Source of the DNA: Candidatus Altiarchaeota archaeon
Lineage (GTDB): Archaea > Altiarchaeota > Altiarchaeia > IMC4 > SCGC-AAA252-I15
Direction: 5' to 3'
Assembly: GCA_043804895.1 (NCBI GenBank)
Contig: JAZDIN010000025.1
Coordinates: forward strand, 36,764-100,763
DNA length: 64,000 bases
The position numbers and the translations under genes were made by a program. Under the pieces are notes generated by a model. That model made no database searches. It saw only the letters and a list, made by a program, of their open reading frames with translations, and was not told the origin of the DNA. This document shows, piece by piece, positions 27,143 through 36,620 of this stretch; the stretch's first letter is position 1; every line of letters begins with the position of its first letter.

Positions 27143-29002
27143 GTGATTGGTGTGGGCGTTAATATGGTAAGGAAAATCAATGTAACGGATCATTGGCTTG
27201 TACTGGTAGTATTCCTTTTGTCTATAGTCTACATTACGGGATACGATTTCTCACTCAACTCAAATGACCCGAATGAGCAATTACCCCTTATCAAGAGGGT
27301 ATTGGATAAGGAGTATCTCACCAATGACTGGTATGTAAACAGCTCTCAGGCATTTTCTATACGGTCCTACTACACATACGTGGTCGCTTTTTTCCCCGAA
27401 TTCATCGGGCTGGCTAATGTGTACTTCATACTCTACTTACTGTCCTATTCACTCACAATCTATGCTTCCTATCGCATATCCAAAATGATGCTAAAGGACA
27501 ACCTTGCAACACTCCTAGTCATGTTCATGGTAATCTTCGGACCAAATGCTTCCCTTGGCAGCTTCAGACTAGTGGAATGGGAGTTCATACCAAGGTCGCT
27601 AGCTAACCCCCTGATACTCTTAGGGATATATTTCATCCTCAATGGTAGTTTGCCCGTTTCCGGATTCCTATTCGGCCTTGCAAGCATATTCCACCCGTCT
27701 ATGGGCATACTAATGGGTGTGGTGTTCTTGACATACCTACTCTTTAATGCGCGAAGTATCGGGCTTCGTGAAGTCCTAAAATCATCGGCATGTTTTATAG
27801 TGGTCAGCCTCTTCGTCATAATCCCAACAATACTCCTGGGCTCATCGGTTTCAGACCCGGAGGCCATTGCCATATTTACTAAGGTGGTTAGTCCTCACAT
27901 CTTCTTCCCCACATACTTCGGGTTAAATCAGTACCTAACGTTCATGTCACTTGCAGCTTTGGTCGCACTCGCAATAAAATATGGATCTAAGCTTGATAAT
28001 ACTAAGGCCGCATTTTCTTTGATTGCACTTATTTTAATGCTTGCATTAACTGGCGCATTTTTCACGGAAATCGTTCCATTGCCTTGGATTTACATATTCA
28101 ACCTCTTCAGGCCAATGCAGTTCGCCTACCTATTTGGATTCATATTTGTCTCTGGTTTTCTGGCGCATGAAATTAATCGCTCGACAAGTCCGGTCAATCG
28201 GATAATCCCCCTCGCCGTTGCATCTTCATTTGCAGCATCTTATGTGATGTCTGCCACCACGATACTCTACCTTGTGTATGTTAAGTACCTCAGGAACAGG
28301 ATAGAATCATTAGCCCCGAAAAAAGCATTGGTTGGAATAGTAGCTGTGTTAGTTCTAGCTACTGCATCCATTACCATATACCTGTTCCATCTAGAAGGGT
28401 CGTCCTTATATTTAAATTTGTCAAAGACATTGCGTCTTTTGGGCATATTTGTCTTTTTAGCATCTGCCTCTTCAAAGGTTATCGTATCGTACTCTAAACG
28501 TGTAATGGATGGGTACATAGAACATTTAATATCGATATTCATCGCCATGTTAGTACTATTCTCCGTATACCAGTCTGGTGGTCTAAGTACTGAAAGAATG
28601 CCGCGCGATCCAATGACAGCCAACCTTTATCAATGGGTAAAGGTCAATACACCCAAGGATGCGGTTTTTATAATACCCCCACACCTATATACATTCCGCA
28701 TTGGAGCTTCTAGAGCGGTTTTCGCCGATTCATTTTCAAGGCCTTTCACTGATGAAGGTATTATCGACTGGAGCAGCAGAATGAAGCAGTTTGCAAAAAA
28801 CTTCGACACGAGGTTAGGCTATGACCTCTCCAATGACTTGAAAGCTGGTTACAACTCAACAAACACCTTAGAATTTGAGCGTATTGGAAAAACGTACGGT
28901 GCGTCCTACGTACTTACTGAAAAACCGAAAGTGCTCGAAATTGATCCGGTATTTGAGAATGAAAAATACGTACTCTACAATCTAAGCCAATATTCAAACT
29001 AA
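27143..29002 (+). CDS. large polytopic membrane protein, putative GT-C-type glycosyltransferase / glycan polymerase
   Basis: 619 aa with at least 12 predicted TM helices and a C-terminal soluble domain. No WWDYG motif, so it is not called AglB. GC is visibly lower than in neighbouring genes. Confidence 0.3.
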   Translation: MIGVGVNMVRKINVTDHWLVLVVFLLSIVYITGYDFSLNSNDPNEQLPLIKRVLDKEYLTNDWYVNSSQAFSIRSYYTYVVAFFPEFIGLANVYFILYLLSYSLTIYASYRISKMMLKDNLATLLVMFMVIFGPNASLGSFRLVEWEFIPRSLANPLILLGIYFILNGSLPVSGFLFGLASIFHPSMGILMGVVFLTYLLFNARSIGLREVLKSSACFIVVSLFVIIPTILLGSSVSDPEAIAIFTKVVSPHIFFPTYFGLNQYLTFMSLAALVALAIKYGSKLDNTKAAFSLIALILMLALTGAFFTEIVPLPWIYIFNLFRPMQFAYLFGFIFVSGFLAHEINRSTSPVNRIIPLAVASSFAASYVMSATTILYLVYVKYLRNRIESLAPKKALVGIVAVLVLATASITIYLFHLEGSSLYLNLSKTLRLLGIFVFLASASSKVIVSYSKRVMDGYIEHLISIFIAMLVLFSVYQSGGLSTERMPRDPMTANLYQWVKVNTPKDAVFIIPPHLYTFRIGASRAVFADSFSRPFTDEGIIDWSSRMKQFAKNFDTRLGYDLSNDLKAGYNSTNTLEFERIGKTYGASYVLTEKPKVLEIDPVFENEKYVLYNLSQYSN

Positions 29003-30775
29003 TCTGTAGACGCTGAATCTCTCGTTCTCCCAGACGAGTTCACCAACTCCTCCCAATTTTTCCTTGTCGACATCCCTCAGACTACCATCCGACTGGGTGA
29101 AAATATAATAACTGACGTTCTGTGCCCTGGCAGTCTCAACTATCCTGTCCCACCCCTCATACGGCGGTATAACCGCCAGTAGTCCTGTGTAGAAGTTGAC
29201 GCGTTGACCGTCCTCTGACATTATGATACTCCCTTCAGGCACTGTCTCTCCAATCATATTCATCGCCTTAAGGTCAGGCCTTTCAGATATTCTTACGCCT
29301 GAGAGTAATGCAGTCTGAGCGACCATAGAAAGTACAATAACCGTTAAGAGTACACCCCTCCTCCCCACAATATATGCTGCTGCATATGCTAAAAATATTG
29401 GGGTTAAGGGGCTTAGGAAGTCCACGCTAACTCCGTCCGACTTCGGGTAGCCAGTCCACAATGGGCCCACAAAGCTGGAGAATGCTAGAACAAAAAACAG
29501 TAATGTGCCACTCACATGCCTTAGGTTGGATAGTATGTAAAGGATGGCGGCCGTGAAGGCCAATAAGCTAACTAGGTTCATAACAGAATTGCTCATAGTC
29601 CAAATAAACCCATACTCCTGCATCTTGTTCGGTGGCGGGACGTACGTTGTCACCATATTTATCAGCCGATACATCACGGCCTTCAATACCCCGAGAACAC
29701 CGCCCCCCAACCTTTCAAGATAGGATGTTGGTGTTGGGGGGGTTAGTGACTGGTATTCATCCCACTTCGTCATGAACGGCACATACCTTGCCGTCGTATA
29801 CAACGGATTGCCAAACAGGGTATAGTTTCTGACAAACCACGGTGTCAACACAACAATGAAAATCAAAGCAGCCATAATATTCTCCCTCGCGAATATCTGA
29901 TACTTATTCCTTATGGCCTGATAAACGACCACTGCAATTATAAACCATACTGCCGTATAGTGCGTCAGATAAGCGAATGCGGCAGATAGTGCCGCATACG
30001 CACTGAAACCCCTACCCCTCACTGTGAAATAAACCATCATCGTTACGAAAAAAGAAACCATTACTCTCGGTTCAAGCTCTATAGAACGCGAGATAAGGAA
30101 AAAATTCACAGAAACCAGCAATCCACTTATCCACCCTACCTCATGATTGAACAGCCTAGTTGCCAGAAGATAAATACCTAATACCAGGAAAACCCCGAAG
30201 AATACATTAATTGAGACTGCTGAGGCGTAGTCTACTCCATTAAACACCATGCCAAGAGCGTGCAGAAAATCCTGAAGTGGTGGCCTATAATTGCCAGGAA
30301 ACGGGAATCTAGTGTATGGTGTCCAGTAATTGTCTATAACATCAGTTGTGAACCATTCAGCGGTGAGGAAGCTTCTAGCATAAGAATAGTGGGCGTATGA
30401 GTCGCCGACAACGGGATTGGGGTTTAGTTCAAACAAAGCTACTCTCAAGGCCAATGCCAATACCAGTACCACAATAAACTTATCTAATCCACTGCTAACT
30501 CCTGCCGCCTCCCGACGTTTGAGCCCCTCTGGCCTCCACTTTCTTGCGGACAGATACACTACTACTGTGGCAAATGTAACCGCTCCCAACAGTGCATCGA
30601 ACCCAAGCTGGACCCCAATGGCGTGAAGTACAAGGGCGCATGAACCGTACAAGAGGGTCGAAGCCAAGACTGCAGCACAGAACCGTTCGACAGCGTCAAG
30701 CCTCCTGTCAAGGCCAGACAGAACGTAACCGGGGGCATAAAAGAACACCACTGTCCTTAGAAATTCTATTATCAT
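28994..30775 (-). CDS. GT-C-family glycosyltransferase (ArnT/PMT-like polyprenyl-phosphate-sugar-dependent transferase)
   Basis: Polytopic membrane protein with DSYAHYSYARSF in the first loop (ArnT/PMT-like acidic motif). The start was chosen at MIIEFLRTVVFF (ATG 30775) with an AT-rich promoter upstream. Confidence 0.45.
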   Translation of the reverse strand: MIIEFLRTVVFFYAPGYVLSGLDRRLDAVERFCAAVLASTLLYGSCALVLHAIGVQLGFDALLGAVTFATVVVYLSARKWRPEGLKRREAAGVSSGLDKFIVVLVLALALRVALFELNPNPVVGDSYAHYSYARSFLTAEWFTTDVIDNYWTPYTRFPFPGNYRPPLQDFLHALGMVFNGVDYASAVSINVFFGVFLVLGIYLLATRLFNHEVGWISGLLVSVNFFLISRSIELEPRVMVSFFVTMMVYFTVRGRGFSAYAALSAAFAYLTHYTAVWFIIAVVVYQAIRNKYQIFARENIMAALIFIVVLTPWFVRNYTLFGNPLYTTARYVPFMTKWDEYQSLTPPTPTSYLERLGGGVLGVLKAVMYRLINMVTTYVPPPNKMQEYGFIWTMSNSVMNLVSLLAFTAAILYILSNLRHVSGTLLFFVLAFSSFVGPLWTGYPKSDGVSVDFLSPLTPIFLAYAAAYIVGRRGVLLTVIVLSMVAQTALLSGVRISERPDLKAMNMIGETVPEGSIIMSEDGQRVNFYTGLLAVIPPYEGWDRIVETARAQNVSYYIFTQSDGSLRDVDKEKLGGVGELVWENERFSVYRLV

Positions 30776-30855
30776 TGGTCTGCTAAGACTATTGTTAAGT
30801 AATATATTTATCCTCAATCCAACGGTTTTTAGCATACACTGACATAGCATAAACC

Positions 30856-31635
30856 ATGGGTTCACCCGCAGGTAACGGCTGCCTAGTTGACCGAATCTTG
30901 AAGAAATGCGGGGCATTGGGCATTGTGGACTTGTGGGCTTCCACAGACAAGAAGTACATAGACCATCACGAGAATTTCCTGAACCTCACAGAGGAGGGGT
31001 ACTCCGATGACCTCATAAAACATATGCGTGATGTCAGCGGACTTATTGGTGTGGACATAGGCTCCGGTGGCGGCGTGGTTGCAAATAGGCTGGCATCTTT
31101 GGGCGCGTCAGTCAATGTGATGGACATATCATTAAACGCTGTGAGGCATGCTACGTCATCTGGTCGCGTTCTTGGGGTTCAGGCTAATGTAGAGCATATG
31201 CCCTACAAGGATGATGCGTTCGATTTCTGTGTCTGCACGGATGTTGTGGAGCATGTGGTTGAATATCATCAGCTAGTTAGTGAGATACAAAGGGTATTAA
31301 AACGAAGTGGTGTGGCTTATCTAACAGTACCAAACGCGTACAGTTGCAAGAACTTACTTCTTGATCTCATATTTCCTATCCTCACAGGAGTATCTCGAAA
31401 GGTCACTGGCCACAAGCCTCAACTACCCTCCCGGGGCCATATAAACCTCTTCAGCAGGAAGAGCTTTGCAACCTTTTTGTCCGAGAGTGGTTTCATCATA
31501 GAGGCTGTTGAGGGCAGTAAGGTCAAGGATATCTCCAGGTACCGTCTTGTGGTGAATCCTCTATCAACTCTAGCTGGCTTTATCATACCCTCGATGGTGG
31601 TTGATGAGCTCATGTTCATGGTAACACCCGAATGA
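30856..31635 (+). CDS. class I SAM-dependent methyltransferase (type 11)
   Basis: VDIGSGGGVVANRL...VMDIS, FDFCVCTDVVEHV. Confidence 0.65.
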   Translation: MGSPAGNGCLVDRILKKCGALGIVDLWASTDKKYIDHHENFLNLTEEGYSDDLIKHMRDVSGLIGVDIGSGGGVVANRLASLGASVNVMDISLNAVRHATSSGRVLGVQANVEHMPYKDDAFDFCVCTDVVEHVVEYHQLVSEIQRVLKRSGVAYLTVPNAYSCKNLLLDLIFPILTGVSRKVTGHKPQLPSRGHINLFSRKSFATFLSESGFIIEAVEGSKVKDISRYRLVVNPLSTLAGFIIPSMVVDELMFMVTPE

Positions 31636-31685
31636 TGCACCATGCTATCTCAGAGGTGTTACTCACAGGGCGCAGAAAAAAGGTT

Positions 31686-32405
31686 TTACCTTCGCCTACT
31701 CTTGTATGTCAACCTCAGCGCAAAAAGGCTCACATATCGTATTCCCATCCGGATTAAGTTGAACTTTGTCTTTCCGAATCGCCTGTTGAAATAGGTCGTT
31801 GGTATCTCGCCGAGTTTGTAACCGTTCATATGGGCTTTTATCGCAAACTCTGGGCTGATGGAAAAGTCGCCTGCCTCAGGCATGGCGTGGTCGAAGACCT
31901 CCCTTTGAAATCCCCTATAGGCATTTGTTATGTCATGTATAGGTATCCTAAAAATCAACCTAGCAAGCCTTGTGTAAGTGGAGCCGTAAATCGCCTTATC
32001 AGTTCCGAGTTCCCCCCTTGAGCCGCCCCTCATGTAACGGGAGGCCATCACCATGTCGTAGCCTCTGTCGAGTTTGCCGACCATCTCCCCTATTATGTCT
32101 AGTTTGTCTGACCTGTCTGCCATAACCCAGATTACGTACTCTCCTCTTGAGCTTCTTGTGCCTTCAATCAGGGCGTATCCCATGCCATTATCTCCCCTCC
32201 TCCTGTGGATACACCTTATCCTGGGATTACTCTTAACTAGTTTGTCGCATATTTCCGGTGTCTTGTCGCTGCTGTTGTCATCAACGATTACAATCTCCCA
32301 GTCATCATCTGAAATGACTCCCAATAAATTTTCAACAAGGGGTGTGAGGTTGTCATCCTCGTTGTAGGCTGGAATTATGACAGAATACTTCACCATTCTA
32401 CTCAC
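31686..32405 (-). CDS. GT2-family glycosyltransferase (polyprenyl-phosphate sugar synthase-like)
   Basis: MVKYSVIIPAYNEDDNLTPLVE...IVIVDDNSSDKTPE. Confidence 0.7.
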   Translation of the reverse strand: MSRMVKYSVIIPAYNEDDNLTPLVENLLGVISDDDWEIVIVDDNSSDKTPEICDKLVKSNPRIRCIHRRRGDNGMGYALIEGTRSSRGEYVIWVMADRSDKLDIIGEMVGKLDRGYDMVMASRYMRGGSRGELGTDKAIYGSTYTRLARLIFRIPIHDITNAYRGFQREVFDHAMPEAGDFSISPEFAIKAHMNGYKLGEIPTTYFNRRFGKTKFNLIRMGIRYVSLFALRLTYKSRRR

Positions 32406-33526
32406 TTCTCGACGAGGTTCCTGTCCTCAAGCTCCTTCAGGGCATCTTGGCTTCTGTCTTCTGCCTCCTGTTTTGCGCCCCATTTCACCAGGTCTCTCAT
32501 CCCGTCCTCGAACTTCACGTTCGGTTTGAAGCCTATCTTCCTTATCTTAGTGATGTCAGCGTAGCAGTGCCTTATGTCGCCTGCCCGGTATTTGTTCTTG
32601 ATTTCAGGCTTGATTCTTTTGCCGTATAGCTTGGCAAATGTTTCGGCTATGTGCAACACAGTGACTGGTTTGCCTGTGCCGACGTTGAACATCTCATAAT
32701 CTGCCTTCCTGCTATCCAACACCAGCATGTTGGCTGCGACGATGTCCCTAACATCTATAAAGTCCCGGCTCTGCAGCCCGTCCTCATAGATGACTGGGGG
32801 GTTGTCGTTTTTTATATTGGATTGGAATATCGCGCACACTCCAGTGTATGGATTGGAAAGTGACTGCCTTGGGCCATATACGTTGAAATACCTCAAGGCA
32901 ACGGATGGTATGCCATATGCTTTCCCAACGGACAGGACCATCTCCTCCTGGTCGCGCTTGCTGACGGCGTAAACTGAAGTTGGCCTAAGCGGTTTATCCT
33001 CCGGTGTCGGGGTAGATATTGCCTCACAACCACAGCATGGGCATCTCATCTCCCACTCATGCGATTCAAGCTGCTTCTGCTGCCGGTAGTCTGGTATTAT
33101 CCTTCCACATTTGCTGCACTCGTACACGCCTTCACCGTATATGCTCATGGAACTTGCCACAACAATCTTTTTTATGTCGTATTCTCCATTCACTATCTCG
33201 TCGAGGAGAAGTCCAGTGCCCCTGCAATTGACGTCAACATAATAGTCTATGAGGTACATGGACTGGCCTACCCCGACAGCCGATGCTTCGTGGAAGACGA
33301 CATCAACATCTGATAAGGCGCGTTTTAGGTCGTCTCGGTTTCTAACGTCCCCCCCGATGAACTTGGCCTTCTGGTTCAAGTAATCTGGATTCTTCCGGTC
33401 TTTGCCATGGACTTGCGGGTCAAGGTTATCGAGTATCCTCACATCGTTTCCGCGTTTTATAAGTTCGTCGACTATGTGGCTTCCTATGAAGCCAGCGCCG
33501 CCAGTGACAAGAACAGAATGTTTCAT
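32402..33526 (-). CDS. NAD-dependent epimerase/dehydratase (SDR) with an inserted 4-Cys zinc ribbon
   Basis: MKHSVLVTGGAGFIGSHIVDEL; YAVSKRDQE (YxxxK). An insertion reads CSKCGRIIPDY...CPCCGCE. Confidence 0.6.
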   Translation of the reverse strand: MKHSVLVTGGAGFIGSHIVDELIKRGNDVRILDNLDPQVHGKDRKNPDYLNQKAKFIGGDVRNRDDLKRALSDVDVVFHEASAVGVGQSMYLIDYYVDVNCRGTGLLLDEIVNGEYDIKKIVVASSMSIYGEGVYECSKCGRIIPDYRQQKQLESHEWEMRCPCCGCEAISTPTPEDKPLRPTSVYAVSKRDQEEMVLSVGKAYGIPSVALRYFNVYGPRQSLSNPYTGVCAIFQSNIKNDNPPVIYEDGLQSRDFIDVRDIVAANMLVLDSRKADYEMFNVGTGKPVTVLHIAETFAKLYGKRIKPEIKNKYRAGDIRHCYADITKIRKIGFKPNVKFEDGMRDLVKWGAKQEAEDRSQDALKELEDRNLVEK

Positions 33527-33543
33527 ATTAGGGCTAATATTAT

Positions 33544-34485
33544 TTACTGGTTTTTATAAATGCCTTCCACCCACTCCACTGTCCCTTTGAGGCCGTCGTC
33601 GAACTTGACCTTAGGGGTCCAGTCCAACTCCCCCCTAGCCTTCGTAGTGTCCGAGGATGTGTGCTCTACGTCGCCTTTCTGGTCCTCTACGTACTTTATC
33701 CTCCCCTTACCCGTTAGTTCGATTATCCTCTCAGCCAACTCTTTCACTGTTATTGTCGTGCCTCCGCCTATGTTGTATGCGCCGCTACCCCTCGTCAAGG
33801 CAAGTGTCGTGGCCTCCACAGCGTCCGAGACATGGGTGAAGTCGCGGCTTTTGCTACCGTTCCCATAGACCTCCAATTCTCCGCCTGCAAGAGCCAACCT
33901 CGTGAACTTTGAAATCGCAAGGTCAGGCCTAATCCTCGGTCCGTACACGGTGAAATACCTCAGCGCAACATACTTCATACCATAAAGCTCCTCATAGACT
34001 CTGAAATAGTTTTCACATGCCAGTTTGCTGACACCATACGGTGATATTGGGGTTTTCGGGTGTTCCTCGTCGAAGGGCAGGTACTCGACCCTGCCGTATA
34101 CTGATGAAGAAGAAGCGAAGACAGTCTTTTTCACATCCGAATCCCGCGTTGCCTCAAGCAGGTTCAGCGTTCCCGTGACATTGACTTCGTTGGTTTTCAC
34201 AGGGTTGTCGACTGATGCCCTCACACCCGCTTGCGCAGCCTCATGAACCACGTAATCTGGTTCCTCCTGCGATACTACCCTCTTGAGCCTCTCCAAATCC
34301 CTTATATCTGCCTTAATCAGCTTGAACTCCCCAACTATAGGCCTGATGTTGTCTCTTTTTATTTTTTTGCTGTAGTAGTCGTCAAAGTTGTCAATGCAGG
34401 TCACATCATGCCCGTCTTTAACCAACCTCTCGCACAAGTGTGAACCTATGAAACCCGCCCCTCCAGTAACAAGAACCCTACTCAT
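33544..34485 (-). CDS. NAD-dependent nucleotide-sugar 4-epimerase (UDP-GlcA/UDP-Glc 4-epimerase-like SDR)
   Basis: MSRVLVTGGAGFIGSHLCERL; YGVSKLACE; 313 aa. Confidence 0.65.
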   Translation of the reverse strand: MSRVLVTGGAGFIGSHLCERLVKDGHDVTCIDNFDDYYSKKIKRDNIRPIVGEFKLIKADIRDLERLKRVVSQEEPDYVVHEAAQAGVRASVDNPVKTNEVNVTGTLNLLEATRDSDVKKTVFASSSSVYGRVEYLPFDEEHPKTPISPYGVSKLACENYFRVYEELYGMKYVALRYFTVYGPRIRPDLAISKFTRLALAGGELEVYGNGSKSRDFTHVSDAVEATTLALTRGSGAYNIGGGTTITVKELAERIIELTGKGRIKYVEDQKGDVEHTSSDTTKARGELDWTPKVKFDDGLKGTVEWVEGIYKNQ

Positions 34486-34572
34486 ACTACGTACTTATCT
34501 AATGCGAGCCTTTATAAGACCGCTTTATCCACATCCTAATTAACACGCCCTCAAATAACTACCTGAAGTTAG

Positions 34573-35637
34573 GTGTCCAAAACGAGTCTAATACGTCGGA
34601 TAACGCGGTTTATGGTGAATCTAAGGTATGTGCTGAAGGTTTGCAAGCCGCGACTCTATTTACGTCTGATAAAAACTTACATACTCATAGCCTTCGGCGC
34701 AAGACCGCTGCGTTACGTTGACTTCGCTCTTGATTACCGCTGCAACCTGAAGTGCGAGCACTGTTTCGCCACCGTATTGGAGAAGCCCAAGGGCGCTCGG
34801 AAGATGACACTCGAAGACTATCGCAGGGTCGCTGACGAGTGCATGAGTGAAGGGGCGATACAGTTCTCATTCCAAGGCGGCGAACCCCTCCTAATCAACA
34901 ACCTGGCCGAAATAATAGCATGCTTCAAACCAGACTGGAACCTAATCTCTGTGACAACGAACGGAACACTCCTCAACGAGGATAGGCTAAAATACCTCAA
35001 GAAGGCAGGAGTCGACATACTGACTGTGAGCCTCGACAGCGGCATACCCGATGAGCACGACTCATTCAGAGGCCTCAAAGGAGCATTCGACAAGACTGTC
35101 TCAGGCATAGAGCTAGCATTGAAATCAGGCTTGAAAGTAACTGTCGGGACAGTGGTCTCTCACAGCAACCTCCGCTCCGATGGACTTAGGAAGCTATTAG
35201 AATGGGCTAAGGGCAGGAAACTCCTAGTGACACTCGCACTGGCCGTTCCAGCGGGACGGTGGCTTGACAACAAGGGCATACTCCTGACAGAGCAGGACAT
35301 GACATATGTCCATAAGCTTTCGTCAGAAAGCCAGTTCATAACAACGGATATCGAAGCAAATTTCATATCATACGGGTGCGGGGCAGGGAAGGAGATACTT
35401 TACATCACCCCCTATGGTGATGTGTTCGTATGCCCGTTCATACACATAAGATTCGGCAACGTGTTCGAGGAGAGCATAAAGGCCATACGTGCAAGGGCGC
35501 TTAGGAACAAGTATCTAGACCACTACCACGACAAATGTCTCGCAGCACAGGACAGGGAATTCATCGAGAAATACCTCTCCAAGACGTTCGGACAAAAACA
35601 ACTACCACTAGACTACAAAGAAGTCTTCAGTGATTAA
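34573..35637 (+). CDS. radical SAM protein with a C-terminal Cys-rich (SPASM/twitch-like) domain
   Basis: DYRCNLKCEHC (CxxxCxxC); C-terminal YGCGAGKE...VCPF. Confidence 0.55.
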   Translation: MSKTSLIRRITRFMVNLRYVLKVCKPRLYLRLIKTYILIAFGARPLRYVDFALDYRCNLKCEHCFATVLEKPKGARKMTLEDYRRVADECMSEGAIQFSFQGGEPLLINNLAEIIACFKPDWNLISVTTNGTLLNEDRLKYLKKAGVDILTVSLDSGIPDEHDSFRGLKGAFDKTVSGIELALKSGLKVTVGTVVSHSNLRSDGLRKLLEWAKGRKLLVTLALAVPAGRWLDNKGILLTEQDMTYVHKLSSESQFITTDIEANFISYGCGAGKEILYITPYGDVFVCPFIHIRFGNVFEESIKAIRARALRNKYLDHYHDKCLAAQDREFIEKYLSKTFGQKQLPLDYKEVFSD

Positions 35638-36616
35638 CATGGCAAAGGTCTTCGTCACAGGCGCTTCAGGGTTCATCGGCTCAAACCTTGTTCGTAGGCT
35701 TGTTGAAGACGGCCATGACGTCTCTGCCATGATGAATAGGCACCCCTACCATCCACTTCTTGAAGGCGTAAAGTTCGAACGCGTTGTCGGAAACCTAACT
35801 GAGCCGACCTCCTTCAGGGAGGCTCTTGCAGGATGCGACACCGTCTACCACTGCGCTGCGTTGATAACGTTCCGCGGAGGCTACAATGAACCCTACAAGG
35901 TCAACGTCGAGGGGACCCGTAATATCCTGGATGTTTCATTGGGTGCTAGAGTAAGGAGGTTCGTGTTCACCAGCGCATGCGTCACCCTAGGCATATCAAA
36001 GTCGCCGGATGTCGTGCTTGACGAGTCCTCCAAATTTGCGCCGCCGAAGTCCTGGGTCTACGCTAACACGAAGCACTTGGCTGAAGAGATGGTGATGTCC
36101 TACTCAAAGAAAGGAATGGATACAGTCTCTTTGAACCCTTCCACAGTATACGGTGCCGGAGACCATTCCCTAAACAGCGGGTTCACAATAAAGAAGGTTG
36201 CTGAAGGTAAGGCAATTTTCGCACCACCAGGCGGAACAAGCTATGTCTCAGTCAACGACGTCGTAGATGCTCACATCCTAGCCATGAACAAGGGAGTGTC
36301 TGGTGAGCGTTACATAATCTCAAGAGAGAACCTCACATATAAAGAACTCTTCAACCGTATAGCCGACGCAGTCAAATCCACCCGGGTTAAGTATGTGTTG
36401 CCAAAAATACTACGATATCCTGCATACTATCCCATGGTTGCTATTGAACAACTCATAACTCCCCCAATTCCATCACGCCTAATTGATGAGCTTTTCATCT
36501 TCAAATACTATAACAACCAAAAGGCCGTCCGTGAGCTTGTTTGGGCTCCAAAAGAGGATTTAGGCGCAGCAGTGCTTGAAGCCGTAGAATATTACAGAAA
36601 GTACAATTTGTTTTGA
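35630..36616 (+). CDS. NAD-dependent epimerase/dehydratase (SDR, HpnA/dihydroflavonol-reductase-like)
   Basis: MAKVFVTGASGFIGSNLVRRL; YANTKHLAEE. Confidence 0.6.
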   Translation: MINMAKVFVTGASGFIGSNLVRRLVEDGHDVSAMMNRHPYHPLLEGVKFERVVGNLTEPTSFREALAGCDTVYHCAALITFRGGYNEPYKVNVEGTRNILDVSLGARVRRFVFTSACVTLGISKSPDVVLDESSKFAPPKSWVYANTKHLAEEMVMSYSKKGMDTVSLNPSTVYGAGDHSLNSGFTIKKVAEGKAIFAPPGGTSYVSVNDVVDAHILAMNKGVSGERYIISRENLTYKELFNRIADAVKSTRVKYVLPKILRYPAYYPMVAIEQLITPPIPSRLIDELFIFKYYNNQKAVRELVWAPKEDLGAAVLEAVEYYRKYNLF

Positions 36617-36620
36617 CTGA

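Noticed and set aside
27143-30775. Calling one of the large membrane proteins the oligosaccharyltransferase AglB
   Set aside because: Neither contains a WWDYG motif or the long C-terminal periplasmic domain of AglB/PglB. They were annotated generically as GT-C candidates.
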